From Candidatus Latescibacterota bacterium (GTDB taxonomy: Bacteria > Latescibacterota > UBA2968), in NCBI GenBank assembly GCA_965116885.1, contig OZ220741.1:5408001-5472000 (forward strand): a stretch of 64,000 nt of DNA, read 5' to 3'. This document shows positions 19,853 to 28,224 of this stretch, one piece after another. The translations under genes and the position numbers were made by a program. Within the stretch, counting starts at the first letter, position 1. Each line of letters starts with the position of its first letter. A model generated the notes under the pieces. It saw only the letters and a list, made by a program, of their open reading frames with translations, was not told the DNA's origin and made no database searches.

Positions 19853-20070
19853 GGCTCAAAATGTACCCTCTCGCCTTTCATCTGTGCCCTTCCCTGTTTT
19901 CACAAGGACATGCCTGCGGATTAAATTCAGGTTGTGAACAAGTGTGCAATACAGCATATTTAAAGCACAATGTAGTGTTCAGGCGTCTTGCCAGGCCAAT
20001 GCAACATCGCTCAATTCTGTGATAATTTCATTTTTGGCCTGATATTTGCTTTGTCTCTGAGTGTCCCACG

Positions 20071-20175
20071 CATCGCATTGCCGCCATTGACGATTTACAA
20101 CGCCTCAAGCAATTGCTCCGTACGGCGGTACAGATGCCCAATCTCGAAGCATTTCAGCGCGTATTAGATGCGTAA
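20071..20175 (+). pseudogene. C-terminal remnant of an Rpn/DUF4351-like protein
   Basis: HRIAAIDDLQRLKQLLRTAVQMPNLEAFQRVLDA*; in-frame stop at 20023-20025 and no ATG ahead of the homologous segment. Confidence 0.5.
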
Positions 20176-20229
20176 CATGATTTCCATAAGCCTGACGAGA
20201 TACAGGGACACCGCGTAACATCTTACCTC

Positions 20230-20258
20230 TTGACCCCAAAAATTCAGATATTTATACT
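20230..20258 (+). promoter_or_regulatory. sigma70-like promoter (copy 1 of a duplicated promoter)
   Basis: TTGACC-17 bp-TATACT; near-identical copy at 22204-22232. Confidence 0.7.
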
Positions 20259-20330
20259 TTCTGTGAGACGCTCACCTTTGAAAGATGTTATATTATTTTT
20301 TCCAGGCAGATATAAAAATAGGAGGTGGTC

Positions 20331-20630
20331 ATGGCCGTGAGTATAGAAGACCTGGACAAAGAACAAGCTAATTTACGAGGGGAGTTCAATCAATTTGATA
20401 AGCGATTCGAGCGGTCACAAGTAGAATCTGACAATACCCGGCGGGAATTGCTGGATGCAATCAACGGGTTGCGGCAAGACAACAAGGGGTTGTCTGACCG
20501 TATGGATGCGGGGTTTTTAACAATGCGCCAGGAGTTTGGCACCGTTCATAAATGGATGTGGTCTTTCTTTATCGCTGTGATCATAGCGTCGTGTGCTGTG
20601 GTCGGTCTGGTGACCAATTTGTTTGGGTAG
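20331..20630 (+). CDS. small coiled-coil protein with C-terminal transmembrane helix (DUF1640/CCDC90-like architecture)
   Basis: AGGAGGT RBS; heptad-rich N-terminal part; hydrophobic WMWSFFIAVIIASCAVVGLV tail. Confidence 0.7.
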   Translation: MAVSIEDLDKEQANLRGEFNQFDKRFERSQVESDNTRRELLDAINGLRQDNKGLSDRMDAGFLTMRQEFGTVHKWMWSFFIAVIIASCAVVGLVTNLFG

Positions 20631-20641
20631 CAGAAGAAGAC

Positions 20642-20800
20642 TTGACGTACTCCCAGGTCTGAAGCCTGTGGGATTCTGAAATCAGAACCTCAGGTTCAGC
20701 AGGGATTGTGCGATCATCAGCCGTTGCTGGCTATACAAGCCCAGTCTTACGCGGCCTCCTGCATAGGTGGACGTCCCCACCTGTGAATGTTTATCGCCGC
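20642..20800 (-). ncRNA. putative TnpB omegaRNA/reRNA scaffold (element 1)
   Basis: Lies between the tnpB 3' end and the TCAA right end; contains hairpins; 5' boundary approximate. Confidence 0.55.
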
Positions 20801-21853
20801 GTTGAGGTCCCTGTCTATTTCAAGACCGCAATGGTCGCAGCAGAATGTTCTTTCTCGCAACTCGAGATCGTCTTTCACGGTATCACAACCCGAGCAGGTC
20901 TTAGACGTTTTTTCCCACATATCAAGTTTTTTGAAACCTGTATCCGTCTTTTTGGCAACATACGCAACGATCGTGAGAAAATCAGAGAAACCGAGGTCGC
21001 TAATCTTTTTGCCCCACACCTGTTGCATGGCTTTGATATTTAACGTCTCAAAGCACAAGAAATCATACGCCGCGCATAGTTGATACGCAAGACGCCAATG
21101 ATAGTCCCTGCGCTGATTGGCTATGCGCCTATGCACTCTGGCAAGATTTACCCTTGCTCTGTGACGGTTGTTGCTACCCTTCTGTTTGCGAGAAAAATTG
21201 CGATTGGCCTTCTTGACCTTTCTGATGTTATGAGAAAAGAACAAAGGCGATTGTATTCTTGTGCTGTCTGAGGCTGTCAGGTATGTTTTCAAGCCGAAGT
21301 CAAAGCCTGCGGTTTTACCCGTCTTGACAATGCTTTGCTTGAACCTTTCAGCCTTTGCGACAACACAGAGCCACAAGTCGCCTACACGGTCACGCTTGAT
21401 TGTGACAGTCTTGATACTTTCTACATCGAAACACCTGCTTTTGTGATAGCGAAATACACGCTTGCCGATACGCACTTTGTTAGGCTCAAGAAATTTGTAG
21501 CCTGCCTGTTTCAGCGTATAGGACTTGTATTTGAACTTGCTACGGAATTGTGGCGGTCGCTTGTTGTCTCTGGCAAAGAATCTCTTATAGCCAAAGTCTA
21601 TGCGCTCAACCACATTTTGCAATGCCTGCGACGGTAGCAGACGCCAGTGGGCAAAGCGTGTTGTGTCCTTCAGCTTCTTGAGGTGATTGATCAGTGTGAA
21701 CTTACTCGGATACTTGCCAAATCTGCGGTGGTATCGCTTGTGCAAGGCAATGAAATGATTATACACCTGAGCGAAAGCGTCTATCTCTTGATGGAGATAC
21801 TTGTTTCGGTGGCACTTAGAATACAACTTGAATTTGTAGGTTAGATAGCCCAT
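20747..21853 (-). CDS. tnpB: RNA-guided endonuclease TnpB
   Basis: RuvC-I GFDFGL, RuvC-II FETLNI, Zn finger CSGC...CDHC, RuvC-III DRDLNAAINI. Confidence 0.93.
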   Translation of the reverse strand: MGYLTYKFKLYSKCHRNKYLHQEIDAFAQVYNHFIALHKRYHRRFGKYPSKFTLINHLKKLKDTTRFAHWRLLPSQALQNVVERIDFGYKRFFARDNKRPPQFRSKFKYKSYTLKQAGYKFLEPNKVRIGKRVFRYHKSRCFDVESIKTVTIKRDRVGDLWLCVVAKAERFKQSIVKTGKTAGFDFGLKTYLTASDSTRIQSPLFFSHNIRKVKKANRNFSRKQKGSNNRHRARVNLARVHRRIANQRRDYHWRLAYQLCAAYDFLCFETLNIKAMQQVWGKKISDLGFSDFLTIVAYVAKKTDTGFKKLDMWEKTSKTCSGCDTVKDDLELRERTFCCDHCGLEIDRDLNAAINIHRWGRPPMQEAA

Positions 21854-22130
21854 TATACTCTTGTTTTTTGGTTGGTCTCATCTGTATTTGAATGACTTAA
21901 ACATAAGTAAAATATACACTTAGGTATCGATTTTGTCAAACAAAAAGAGCACTTATGCTAAGCATGTTCCGTGACGATTCTACACGGAAGCAGAACCAAA
22001 ACCATAAGCCCTTGCAAAACAACGCTCGCCAACTCGCGTCTGCTTCCCACGCCTAAAGGCTGTGGGTTTTACGGGCTATTCGATAAAAATTGTGTGATAT
22101 TCCGTATCACCTCACGGGAACTGGAAAAGC

Positions 22131-22162
22131 GAAATGCCCTGTGTCCGTTACGCAGGGTATTT
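22131..22162 (+). terminator. intrinsic terminator-like hairpin (probably of gene 20331-20630 before IS insertion)
   Basis: AAATGCCCTGTGTCCGTTACGCAGGGTATTTT. Confidence 0.5.
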
Positions 22163-22203
22163 TTGTATGTGGTAATCTTATTGATATCCCAACCATTTAC
22201 CTC

Positions 22204-22232
22204 TTGACCCCAAAAATTCTGACATTTATACT
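22204..22232 (+). promoter_or_regulatory. sigma70-like promoter of the arsC-like gene (copy 2)
   Basis: TTGACC-17 bp-TATACT, then AAGGAG RBS. Confidence 0.7.
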
Positions 22233-22271
22233 CTCTATTGAGATGCCCTTCACCGCAAAAGGAGATTTAAC

Positions 22272-22622
22272 ATGTCAAAAATCACCATCTATCACAACTC
22301 CAACTGAAGCAAATCCAATGGCGCAATGGATATATTGCGCGCTGGCAACGTCGAGTTCGACGTCATTGAATATTTGAAAACACCGCTGAGCGAACAGGAC
22401 TTGAGAAAATTTCTTGCGCTCCTGCCCGGTGAACCCAAAGACATGATTCACCCCAGTTCCTTCGAAAAACTGGGACGCGACATAGATGACTACAACACCC
22501 CCGATGCACTCGTCGGCTTGCTTTTGGAACATCCCGAAGTCATGAATCGCCCCGTGTGCATTCGCGGAGACCGCGCAGTCATTGCCCGTCCCTCAGAAGC
22601 CATACATGAACTTATAGATTAA
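22272..22622 (+). CDS. arsC: ArsC/Spx-family (glutaredoxin-type arsenate reductase-like) probable selenoprotein; TGA 22305-22307 read as Sec12
   Basis: MSKITIYHNSN[TGA]SKSNGAMDILR...IEYLKTP...HPEVMNRPVCI...IARP; TGA aligns with catalytic Cys12 of the ArsC HNxxC motif; in frame with the track ORF starting at 22326. Confidence 0.85.
22321..22340 (+). promoter_or_regulatory. bacterial SECIS-like hairpin
   Basis: GCGCAAT-GGATAT-ATTGCGC, perfect 7-bp stem starting 13 nt after the UGA; loop begins with GG. Confidence 0.65.
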
Positions 22623-22665
22623 AAAAACAGCCGCCGAGACCTGAACCTCGGCGGCTGTTTTTTTT
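22621..22665. terminator. bidirectional intrinsic terminator
   Basis: AAAAAAACAGCCGCCGAG...CTCGGCGGCTGTTTTTTTT between convergent genes. Confidence 0.88.
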
Positions 22666-22677
22666 CATCTTAATAAC

Positions 22678-23466
22678 TCACGCCCCCTCCACCGCTTTTC
22701 TCAACTCATCACCGTTGCTTCGCCACCACGAATGCAGAACTGAGATATCCACCCCGATATTGAAATGCCGCACACCCATATCGAGATATTCCTTTGCCTC
22801 ATCGGGCGACATGATCTCTGCGCGGGGGTGAACACCCATACTCAGCGCAGTCTTAAACACCTCATTCCTCGCATCTGCCACTGCGGGATCACCGCGCTGT
22901 CCCGCCTTGCCAACACTCATCGAATAATCCGAAGGGCCCCATTGCACCATATCCACACCTGGAACCGAAAGAATCGCCTCCAGATTTTCCACCGCCTCCT
23001 TCTTTTCGATCATCAAAGCCACAACCGTCTCCCGCATCGCCTTCACATACTCAGGCCCCCCGCCATATCCCATATACGTATTGCGCCGCGTGTACACACT
23101 GTACAAACCGCCATCCTCCGGCGTATCTGGAAGCGTCACACGCACGCACTCTTTGGCGTCTTCTTCCGTGCGACAATCCGTAAACAAAATACTCCCAAAA
23201 CCAGACCCAATCGCCCGTTGCGACAAATAGTACTGATGGCTGCGATCAATTTTGAACATCATACCCATATTGTACAACTCGGCTGCGCGGCACAAATTGT
23301 CGAGATCGTAGAGATCAAACGTACCGTATTCACCAACGTATTCGACATAGTCGTAAAGTCCCGTATGTCCAATCGCCTCAACAATCGCCGGCCAACTCGA
23401 ATGAATGCGCGTGCCAATGGTAGGTTCGCCCGCATCCAACTTTTCTCTAATCCTGTTGGGTTTCAA
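22678..23466 (-). CDS. HpcH/HpaI aldolase family protein
   Basis: NRIREKLDAG, MIEKKEAVENLEAILSVPGVD, GPSDYSMSVG; TTG start with AAGGAG RBS. Confidence 0.88.
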   Translation of the reverse strand: MKPNRIREKLDAGEPTIGTRIHSSWPAIVEAIGHTGLYDYVEYVGEYGTFDLYDLDNLCRAAELYNMGMMFKIDRSHQYYLSQRAIGSGFGSILFTDCRTEEDAKECVRVTLPDTPEDGGLYSVYTRRNTYMGYGGGPEYVKAMRETVVALMIEKKEAVENLEAILSVPGVDMVQWGPSDYSMSVGKAGQRGDPAVADARNEVFKTALSMGVHPRAEIMSPDEAKEYLDMGVRHFNIGVDISVLHSWWRSNGDELRKAVEGA

Positions 23467-23491
23467 AATAAACTCCTTTGTGAGTGGTTAA

Positions 23492-24382
23492 TCACCCAAA
23501 CAACGACTTAAAAACTCGCTTTGTCTTCTCCAACACATCTTTGGATAACACTTCTCCATCTGAAATTTTCACATTCTCCGCGAGATGATCCACCTTGGTC
23601 GATCCCACAATAGCAGTACACACATCTTTGTGAGAAAGCGTAAACCGCAACGCAAATTCAATCAGCGGCATATCGCCCGCCAATTCTCGCAACGGCATCT
23701 GCTGTGCCCGATCCCACGGATCGCCCATATACGAACCATCTGGCCGGTCGGACATGAGATACACCCCATTGGCAATCGGACGCTTGATAATCGTCCCCAT
23801 ATCCCGGTCGCGCAAAGTCGGCATCAAATTTTCAGCGGACTCCTGGAACAACACATTGTACGTAAACTCCTGTGTATCTAAATCCCACCTCTGCGCCGCA
23901 GCAGCCGCAGCCGATCCATCAGCCGATACACCGACAAACTTCGTCCATCCTCTATCCTTAGCTTCCAACAGCGCGTCAAACGCCGCATCCCAATCGTCCG
24001 CTTCTCCCGGCAACCCGTGAAATTGCACAATATCGATCACATCCATCCTCAACTTGGATCGACTCGTATCGATCGTCCTCAAAATACCCTCGGGCGAATA
24101 ATCCTTTACAATCTCGCGCTTGCCGCCATTGATCACCTGATAATCGCCGCACTTCGTCGCCAAAACAAACTCATCCTGCCGACGGGCGATAAACTTTCCG
24201 ATCCGCTCTTCGCTATCGCCATACATCGCAGCCGTATCGATAAACGCGATACCCAAATCGAGCACCGTATTCAGCACCGCTTCGACCTGCGATTCCGGCA
24301 GCGATGGATTCCCAATCTGCGCCGCGCCAAAACCGATCTCCGAAACTTGCAAACCCGTCTTTCCCAGCGTCCGAAATTTCAT
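23492..24382 (-). CDS. aldo/keto reductase
   Basis: RTLGKTGLQVSEIGFG, IDTAAMYGDSE, LATKCG, IDIVQFH. Confidence 0.9.
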   Translation of the reverse strand: MKFRTLGKTGLQVSEIGFGAAQIGNPSLPESQVEAVLNTVLDLGIAFIDTAAMYGDSEERIGKFIARRQDEFVLATKCGDYQVINGGKREIVKDYSPEGILRTIDTSRSKLRMDVIDIVQFHGLPGEADDWDAAFDALLEAKDRGWTKFVGVSADGSAAAAAAQRWDLDTQEFTYNVLFQESAENLMPTLRDRDMGTIIKRPIANGVYLMSDRPDGSYMGDPWDRAQQMPLRELAGDMPLIEFALRFTLSHKDVCTAIVGSTKVDHLAENVKISDGEVLSKDVLEKTKRVFKSLFG

Positions 24383-24517
24383 TACAACACTCTCACTTTA
24401 CTTTCACGCATTCCGATATTTGCACAAGCCTCTAAAATGTCGTATATAATACAACCAAAATCCACTAAAACCACCAAAAAATCTCAACGGACATAAACTC
24501 GCTTGAGGAGAATTGAT

Positions 24518-25300
24518 ATGGACCTTGGATTGGAAGGAAAAGTTGCGGTTATTACAGGCGGCAGCGAGGGAATCGGCAGAGGAATTGCATCGCGGTTCCT
24601 CGAAGAGGGAGCGAAGGTCGCGATATGTGCGCGACGCGATGATGTCTTGCAGCAAGCAGCGGAGGAACTCCGTGCCTCAACTGGTGGTGATATCCTTGCA
24701 GTTCCTGCTGACGTGACCAAACCGGAAACACTAACGAACTTCATCAACAGAGCGGCCCAGCATTTTGGACGGATTGACATCCTGGTCAACAACGCCGGCC
24801 GGTCTGCCGCGAGCGCCTTTGATGATCTGGACGACGATGATTGGCATGCCGATTTAGACCTGAAACTAATGGGGGCTGTGCGTTGTGTGCGTCTGGTCAT
24901 TCCTCAGATGAAACTCGTCGGCGGAGGACGGATTATCAACGTCACGCATCCGGGGGGCAAACAGCCTGGCGCAGCTTCTTATCCAACCTCCGTGAGCCGC
25001 GCAGCGGGAATAGCGATGACCAAAGCACTATCCAAGGAACTATTACCTCACAATATCCTCGTAAACACCGTGTGCTTGACCTCTATCAAGAGCGCGCAGG
25101 GAGAACGCGCCTGGAAAGCGGAAGGTTCCCCTGGCACGTTAGAGGCGTATTGGAATGAGCGGGCTGAAGAGCATCCGCTGGGACGTTTAGGCGAACCCTC
25201 TGATGCCGGCGCTCTTGTCGCCTTTCTCGCTTCGGAATGCGCTTCTTTCATCACGGGCACGGCGATTAACCTCGATGGCGGATTGTCCAACGTCGTATAG
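24518..25300 (+). CDS. short-chain dehydrogenase/reductase
   Basis: TGGSEGIG, LVNNAG, ASFITG...DGG; atypical active site (TSVSR instead of YxxxK). Confidence 0.88.
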   Translation: MDLGLEGKVAVITGGSEGIGRGIASRFLEEGAKVAICARRDDVLQQAAEELRASTGGDILAVPADVTKPETLTNFINRAAQHFGRIDILVNNAGRSAASAFDDLDDDDWHADLDLKLMGAVRCVRLVIPQMKLVGGGRIINVTHPGGKQPGAASYPTSVSRAAGIAMTKALSKELLPHNILVNTVCLTSIKSAQGERAWKAEGSPGTLEAYWNERAEEHPLGRLGEPSDAGALVAFLASECASFITGTAINLDGGLSNVV

Positions 25301-25345
25301 CAATCGCGTTCAAAATCACCCAAAAATCTCACGGAGCAAATCTGC

Positions 25346-26815
25346 ATGACACAACGCCCAAACATCCTCTTCTGCATTGCCGATGATCAATCCTGGCCCC
25401 ACGCCAGTGCTTATGGTTGCCCCTGGGTCAACACCCCGGCCTTTGACCGCGTCGCACGCGAAGGCATCCTCTTCAACAACGCCTTCACACCCAATGCCAA
25501 ATGCGCCCCATCCAGAGCCGCCATCCTCACCGGTCGCTATTCCTGGCAACTTCAAGAAGCCTGCAACCACCTCTGCTTTTTCCCATCGGACTACGCCACC
25601 TATCCCGAACTTTTCAAAGACGCCGGATACGCCACGGGATTCACCGGCAAAGGCTGGGGCCCGGGCGAACCGGGAACTTATTCAGATGGCTCACCGCGCA
25701 AACTCGTCGGTCCCGAACACAACGACCTCAAACTCGATCCCCCCACAAAAAGCATCGCCAATATAGACTACGCCGCCAATTTCGCGGCTTTTCTCAATGC
25801 CAAACCCGACGACCAGCCCTTCTGCTTCTGGTATGGCGGCAGAGAACCCCACCGCGGCTACGAATACGGCTCTGGCGTGCGCCTCGGGGGAAAATCCCTC
25901 TCTGACATCGACAAAGTACCCCCCTGCTGGCCGGCAACCGAAGACGTCAAAAACGACATGCTCGACTACGCCTTTGAAATCGAATGGTTCGACAAACACC
26001 TAAGGCAAATCCTCGACACCCTCGAAGAACGCGGCGAACTCGACAACACCCTCATCATGGTCACCTCGGACAATGGCATGCCCTTTCCGCGCATGAAAGG
26101 CCAACTCTACGAAATAGCCTATCACATGCCATTGGCCGCCATGTGGAAAGGTGTAATCGAATCGGACCGAATAGTTGACGACCTCGTCAATTTCGTTGAC
26201 TTTGCCCCCACCTTCCTCGAAGCCGCGGGGATTGACATCCATCCCCAAATCACCGGCAAAAGCCTCATGCCCATCTTCGAATCCAGCCAATCAGGCATCA
26301 TTGACCCGGAGCGCACCGCCCTCATCTCGGGCAAAGAACGCCACGACATCTGCCGTCCCGGCACCGTCGGATATCCCATCCGCGGCATTCGCGACCACCA
26401 TCACCTCTACCTGCGAAACTTTGAACCCGATCGCTGGCCGGCTGGCGACCCAGAAGTCTATTATCGCAACATCGACGACTCACCCACCAAAACGCGCGTC
26501 GTCGAAGAAAAAGAACAGGGGAATGAGACCTACTGGCAACTCTGCATGGGCAAACGCCCCAAAGAAGAACTCTACGATATCCAGACCGATCCCCACTGCA
26601 TCACCAACCTCGCCGAAAGCGCCGACCACCAGACCATCAAACGCGCACTCTGGCAAAAACTTCGCAAAACCCTCAAACAACACGGCGACCCCCGAATGGA
26701 AGGCCGCGGCCACATCTTTGACGAATACCCCGTCACCAACCCAGAACAAGAACAAAGAGTCAAAGAACGGTTCCGCATCGCCAACGAAACGGGTGTCTTC
26801 TTCAAAAACTTTTAA
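25346..26815 (+). CDS. sulfatase (sulfamidase/heparan N-sulfatase-like)
   Basis: RPNILFCIADDQ, CAPSRA, GKGWGPG, SDNGMPFPR, KERHD. Confidence 0.88.
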   Translation: MTQRPNILFCIADDQSWPHASAYGCPWVNTPAFDRVAREGILFNNAFTPNAKCAPSRAAILTGRYSWQLQEACNHLCFFPSDYATYPELFKDAGYATGFTGKGWGPGEPGTYSDGSPRKLVGPEHNDLKLDPPTKSIANIDYAANFAAFLNAKPDDQPFCFWYGGREPHRGYEYGSGVRLGGKSLSDIDKVPPCWPATEDVKNDMLDYAFEIEWFDKHLRQILDTLEERGELDNTLIMVTSDNGMPFPRMKGQLYEIAYHMPLAAMWKGVIESDRIVDDLVNFVDFAPTFLEAAGIDIHPQITGKSLMPIFESSQSGIIDPERTALISGKERHDICRPGTVGYPIRGIRDHHHLYLRNFEPDRWPAGDPEVYYRNIDDSPTKTRVVEEKEQGNETYWQLCMGKRPKEELYDIQTDPHCITNLAESADHQTIKRALWQKLRKTLKQHGDPRMEGRGHIFDEYPVTNPEQEQRVKERFRIANETGVFFKNF

Positions 26816-26828
26816 ATGAGGGGTGTAA

Positions 26829-27089
26829 ATGAATTGGCCAAGTTGGTGGGAATGGGATCTGGGTTTTACGGCACATGTGGAAGTCCGAATGGAGGAAAGA
26901 GGTTTCTCCGAGATCGAACTGCGAACAATGCTTGATAGTGCTTCAAAATTGACCCCTGCACGTCACCCCAATCGTTGGCTTATTCATACTCGCCATGCTG
27001 GACATCCCTGGGTTGTCGTCGTTGAGCCAGATTTGGACGACAAAATTCTTATGATCGTAACCGCATATCTTGAAGAGGTACAGCCATGA
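26829..27089 (+). CDS. DUF4258-like putative toxin
   Basis: FTAHVEVRMEERG...IVTAY; ATGA overlap with the next gene. Confidence 0.7.
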   Translation: MNWPSWWEWDLGFTAHVEVRMEERGFSEIELRTMLDSASKLTPARHPNRWLIHTRHAGHPWVVVVEPDLDDKILMIVTAYLEEVQP

Positions 27090-27355
27090 AAACATTCTCC
27101 CTACAAATTACATATCGCAAGGGCAAACCATTTGCTGCCTATATTTATCTTTCTCATCGGTGCGGACAGAAAAGTGTACGCACCGAAGCGATAACAGAAG
27201 ACCTGCTCATAGACTATGCTCAAGACGGTACACCTCTTGGAATTGAGATCGTCTCGCCCGGAATAGTGAGTATAGAAGAGATACAGGCCGTTTTTGATCG
27301 TTTAGGACTTGGCAGACCGGAACCCGTAGAGTTGGAACCGCTCAATGCAGCGTAA
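27086..27355 (+). CDS. DUF2283-like putative antitoxin
   Basis: AAYIYL...DLLIDY...GTPLGIEI. Confidence 0.72.
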   Translation: MKTFSLQITYRKGKPFAAYIYLSHRCGQKSVRTEAITEDLLIDYAQDGTPLGIEIVSPGIVSIEEIQAVFDRLGLGRPEPVELEPLNAA

Positions 27356-27373
27356 CTTTAATTGGGGATATTA

Positions 27374-28174
27374 TCAATACCCAATCCCCCGCAAATACTC
27401 GCGGTTGGACTTTGCCGCTTCTGCGGCGGGTTTGGGCGGATACGGGCGGTCGAGTTCTACGGACACCCACCCATCGTAGCCCACGTCTTCCAACTTCTCC
27501 AGTGCCGCCCGTGCGTCAAACCCCATATTTCCCGCGCCGAGTTCTGCGAATCGCGCCTCCTCATTAAACTGCCCCGTGCGGTGATTCCAGGACGCGGGAT
27601 CATTGGCGTGCACATCCTTCAAATGCACATGCCCGATCCGATCTCGCAACACATCGCGCTCAAAAACCTGCATCGGATCGCTACCTGCCGCCAGCATGTG
27701 TCCCGTATCGTAGAGCAACCACAAATCGGGCGCTGCCGTCATCAATCTCTCGGCATCCTCAACCGTCTCAATCAACGTCCGCATATGCGCGTGGTGGAAA
27801 CCCTTCACATTGTGTGCCCTGCAATACGCCAGCACATCATCGAGCGAACGAGCCGCATTTTCAACATCTTCATCACTCGGATCATCGCCCCCCCACATCG
27901 CGCGACGACACGACGGCACCTCTGCCGCATCATTACCCAACGCGATATTGTACCGAACCCGATCAAGCGGACTCGGTCCCCCCACATTGACCAGATGCAA
28001 ACCATTCTTCCTCGCCAGATTGGCTTTAGCAACCAGATCATCGCCACTGTCGATCTTCAACCCCTCCACCCCATCCCATCCGGCCTCAGCCACCTCTGCC
28101 AGCACCTTCTCGGGATTTTCGTGCTGCTCGCCCCGAAACTGAATCAAATGACAAGCCAGTCTAAATTTGCCCAT
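27374..28174 (-). CDS. sugar-phosphate isomerase/epimerase TIM barrel (IolE-like)
   Basis: GWDGVE, FHHAH, DTGH, HVHLKD, GYDGWVSVELD; start MGKFRL at 28174. Confidence 0.85.
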   Translation of the reverse strand: MGKFRLACHLIQFRGEQHENPEKVLAEVAEAGWDGVEGLKIDSGDDLVAKANLARKNGLHLVNVGGPSPLDRVRYNIALGNDAAEVPSCRRAMWGGDDPSDEDVENAARSLDDVLAYCRAHNVKGFHHAHMRTLIETVEDAERLMTAAPDLWLLYDTGHMLAAGSDPMQVFERDVLRDRIGHVHLKDVHANDPASWNHRTGQFNEEARFAELGAGNMGFDARAALEKLEDVGYDGWVSVELDRPYPPKPAAEAAKSNREYLRGIGY

Positions 28175-28193
28175 ATTTATGTCCTTTCTGAAA

Positions 28194-28224
28194 GCGGGCG
28201 ACCACAGGGGGTCGCCCCTACAAT
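28194..28224 (-). repeat. REP palindrome (GTAG family)
   Basis: GCGGGCGACCACAGGGGGTCGCCCCTACAAT, identical to 28966-28996. Confidence 0.85.

Larger units (their letters stand above)
20642..22082 (-). mobile_element. IS200/IS605-family element lacking tnpA (IS1341-like), element 1
   Basis: Minus strand: TTTAT|CGAATAGCCCG...CCCACAGCCTTTAGGCGTGGG left-end hairpin (22046-22066); tnpB; right-end hairpin CCCACAGGCTTCAGACCTGGG then AGTACGTCAA. Confidence 0.8.
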
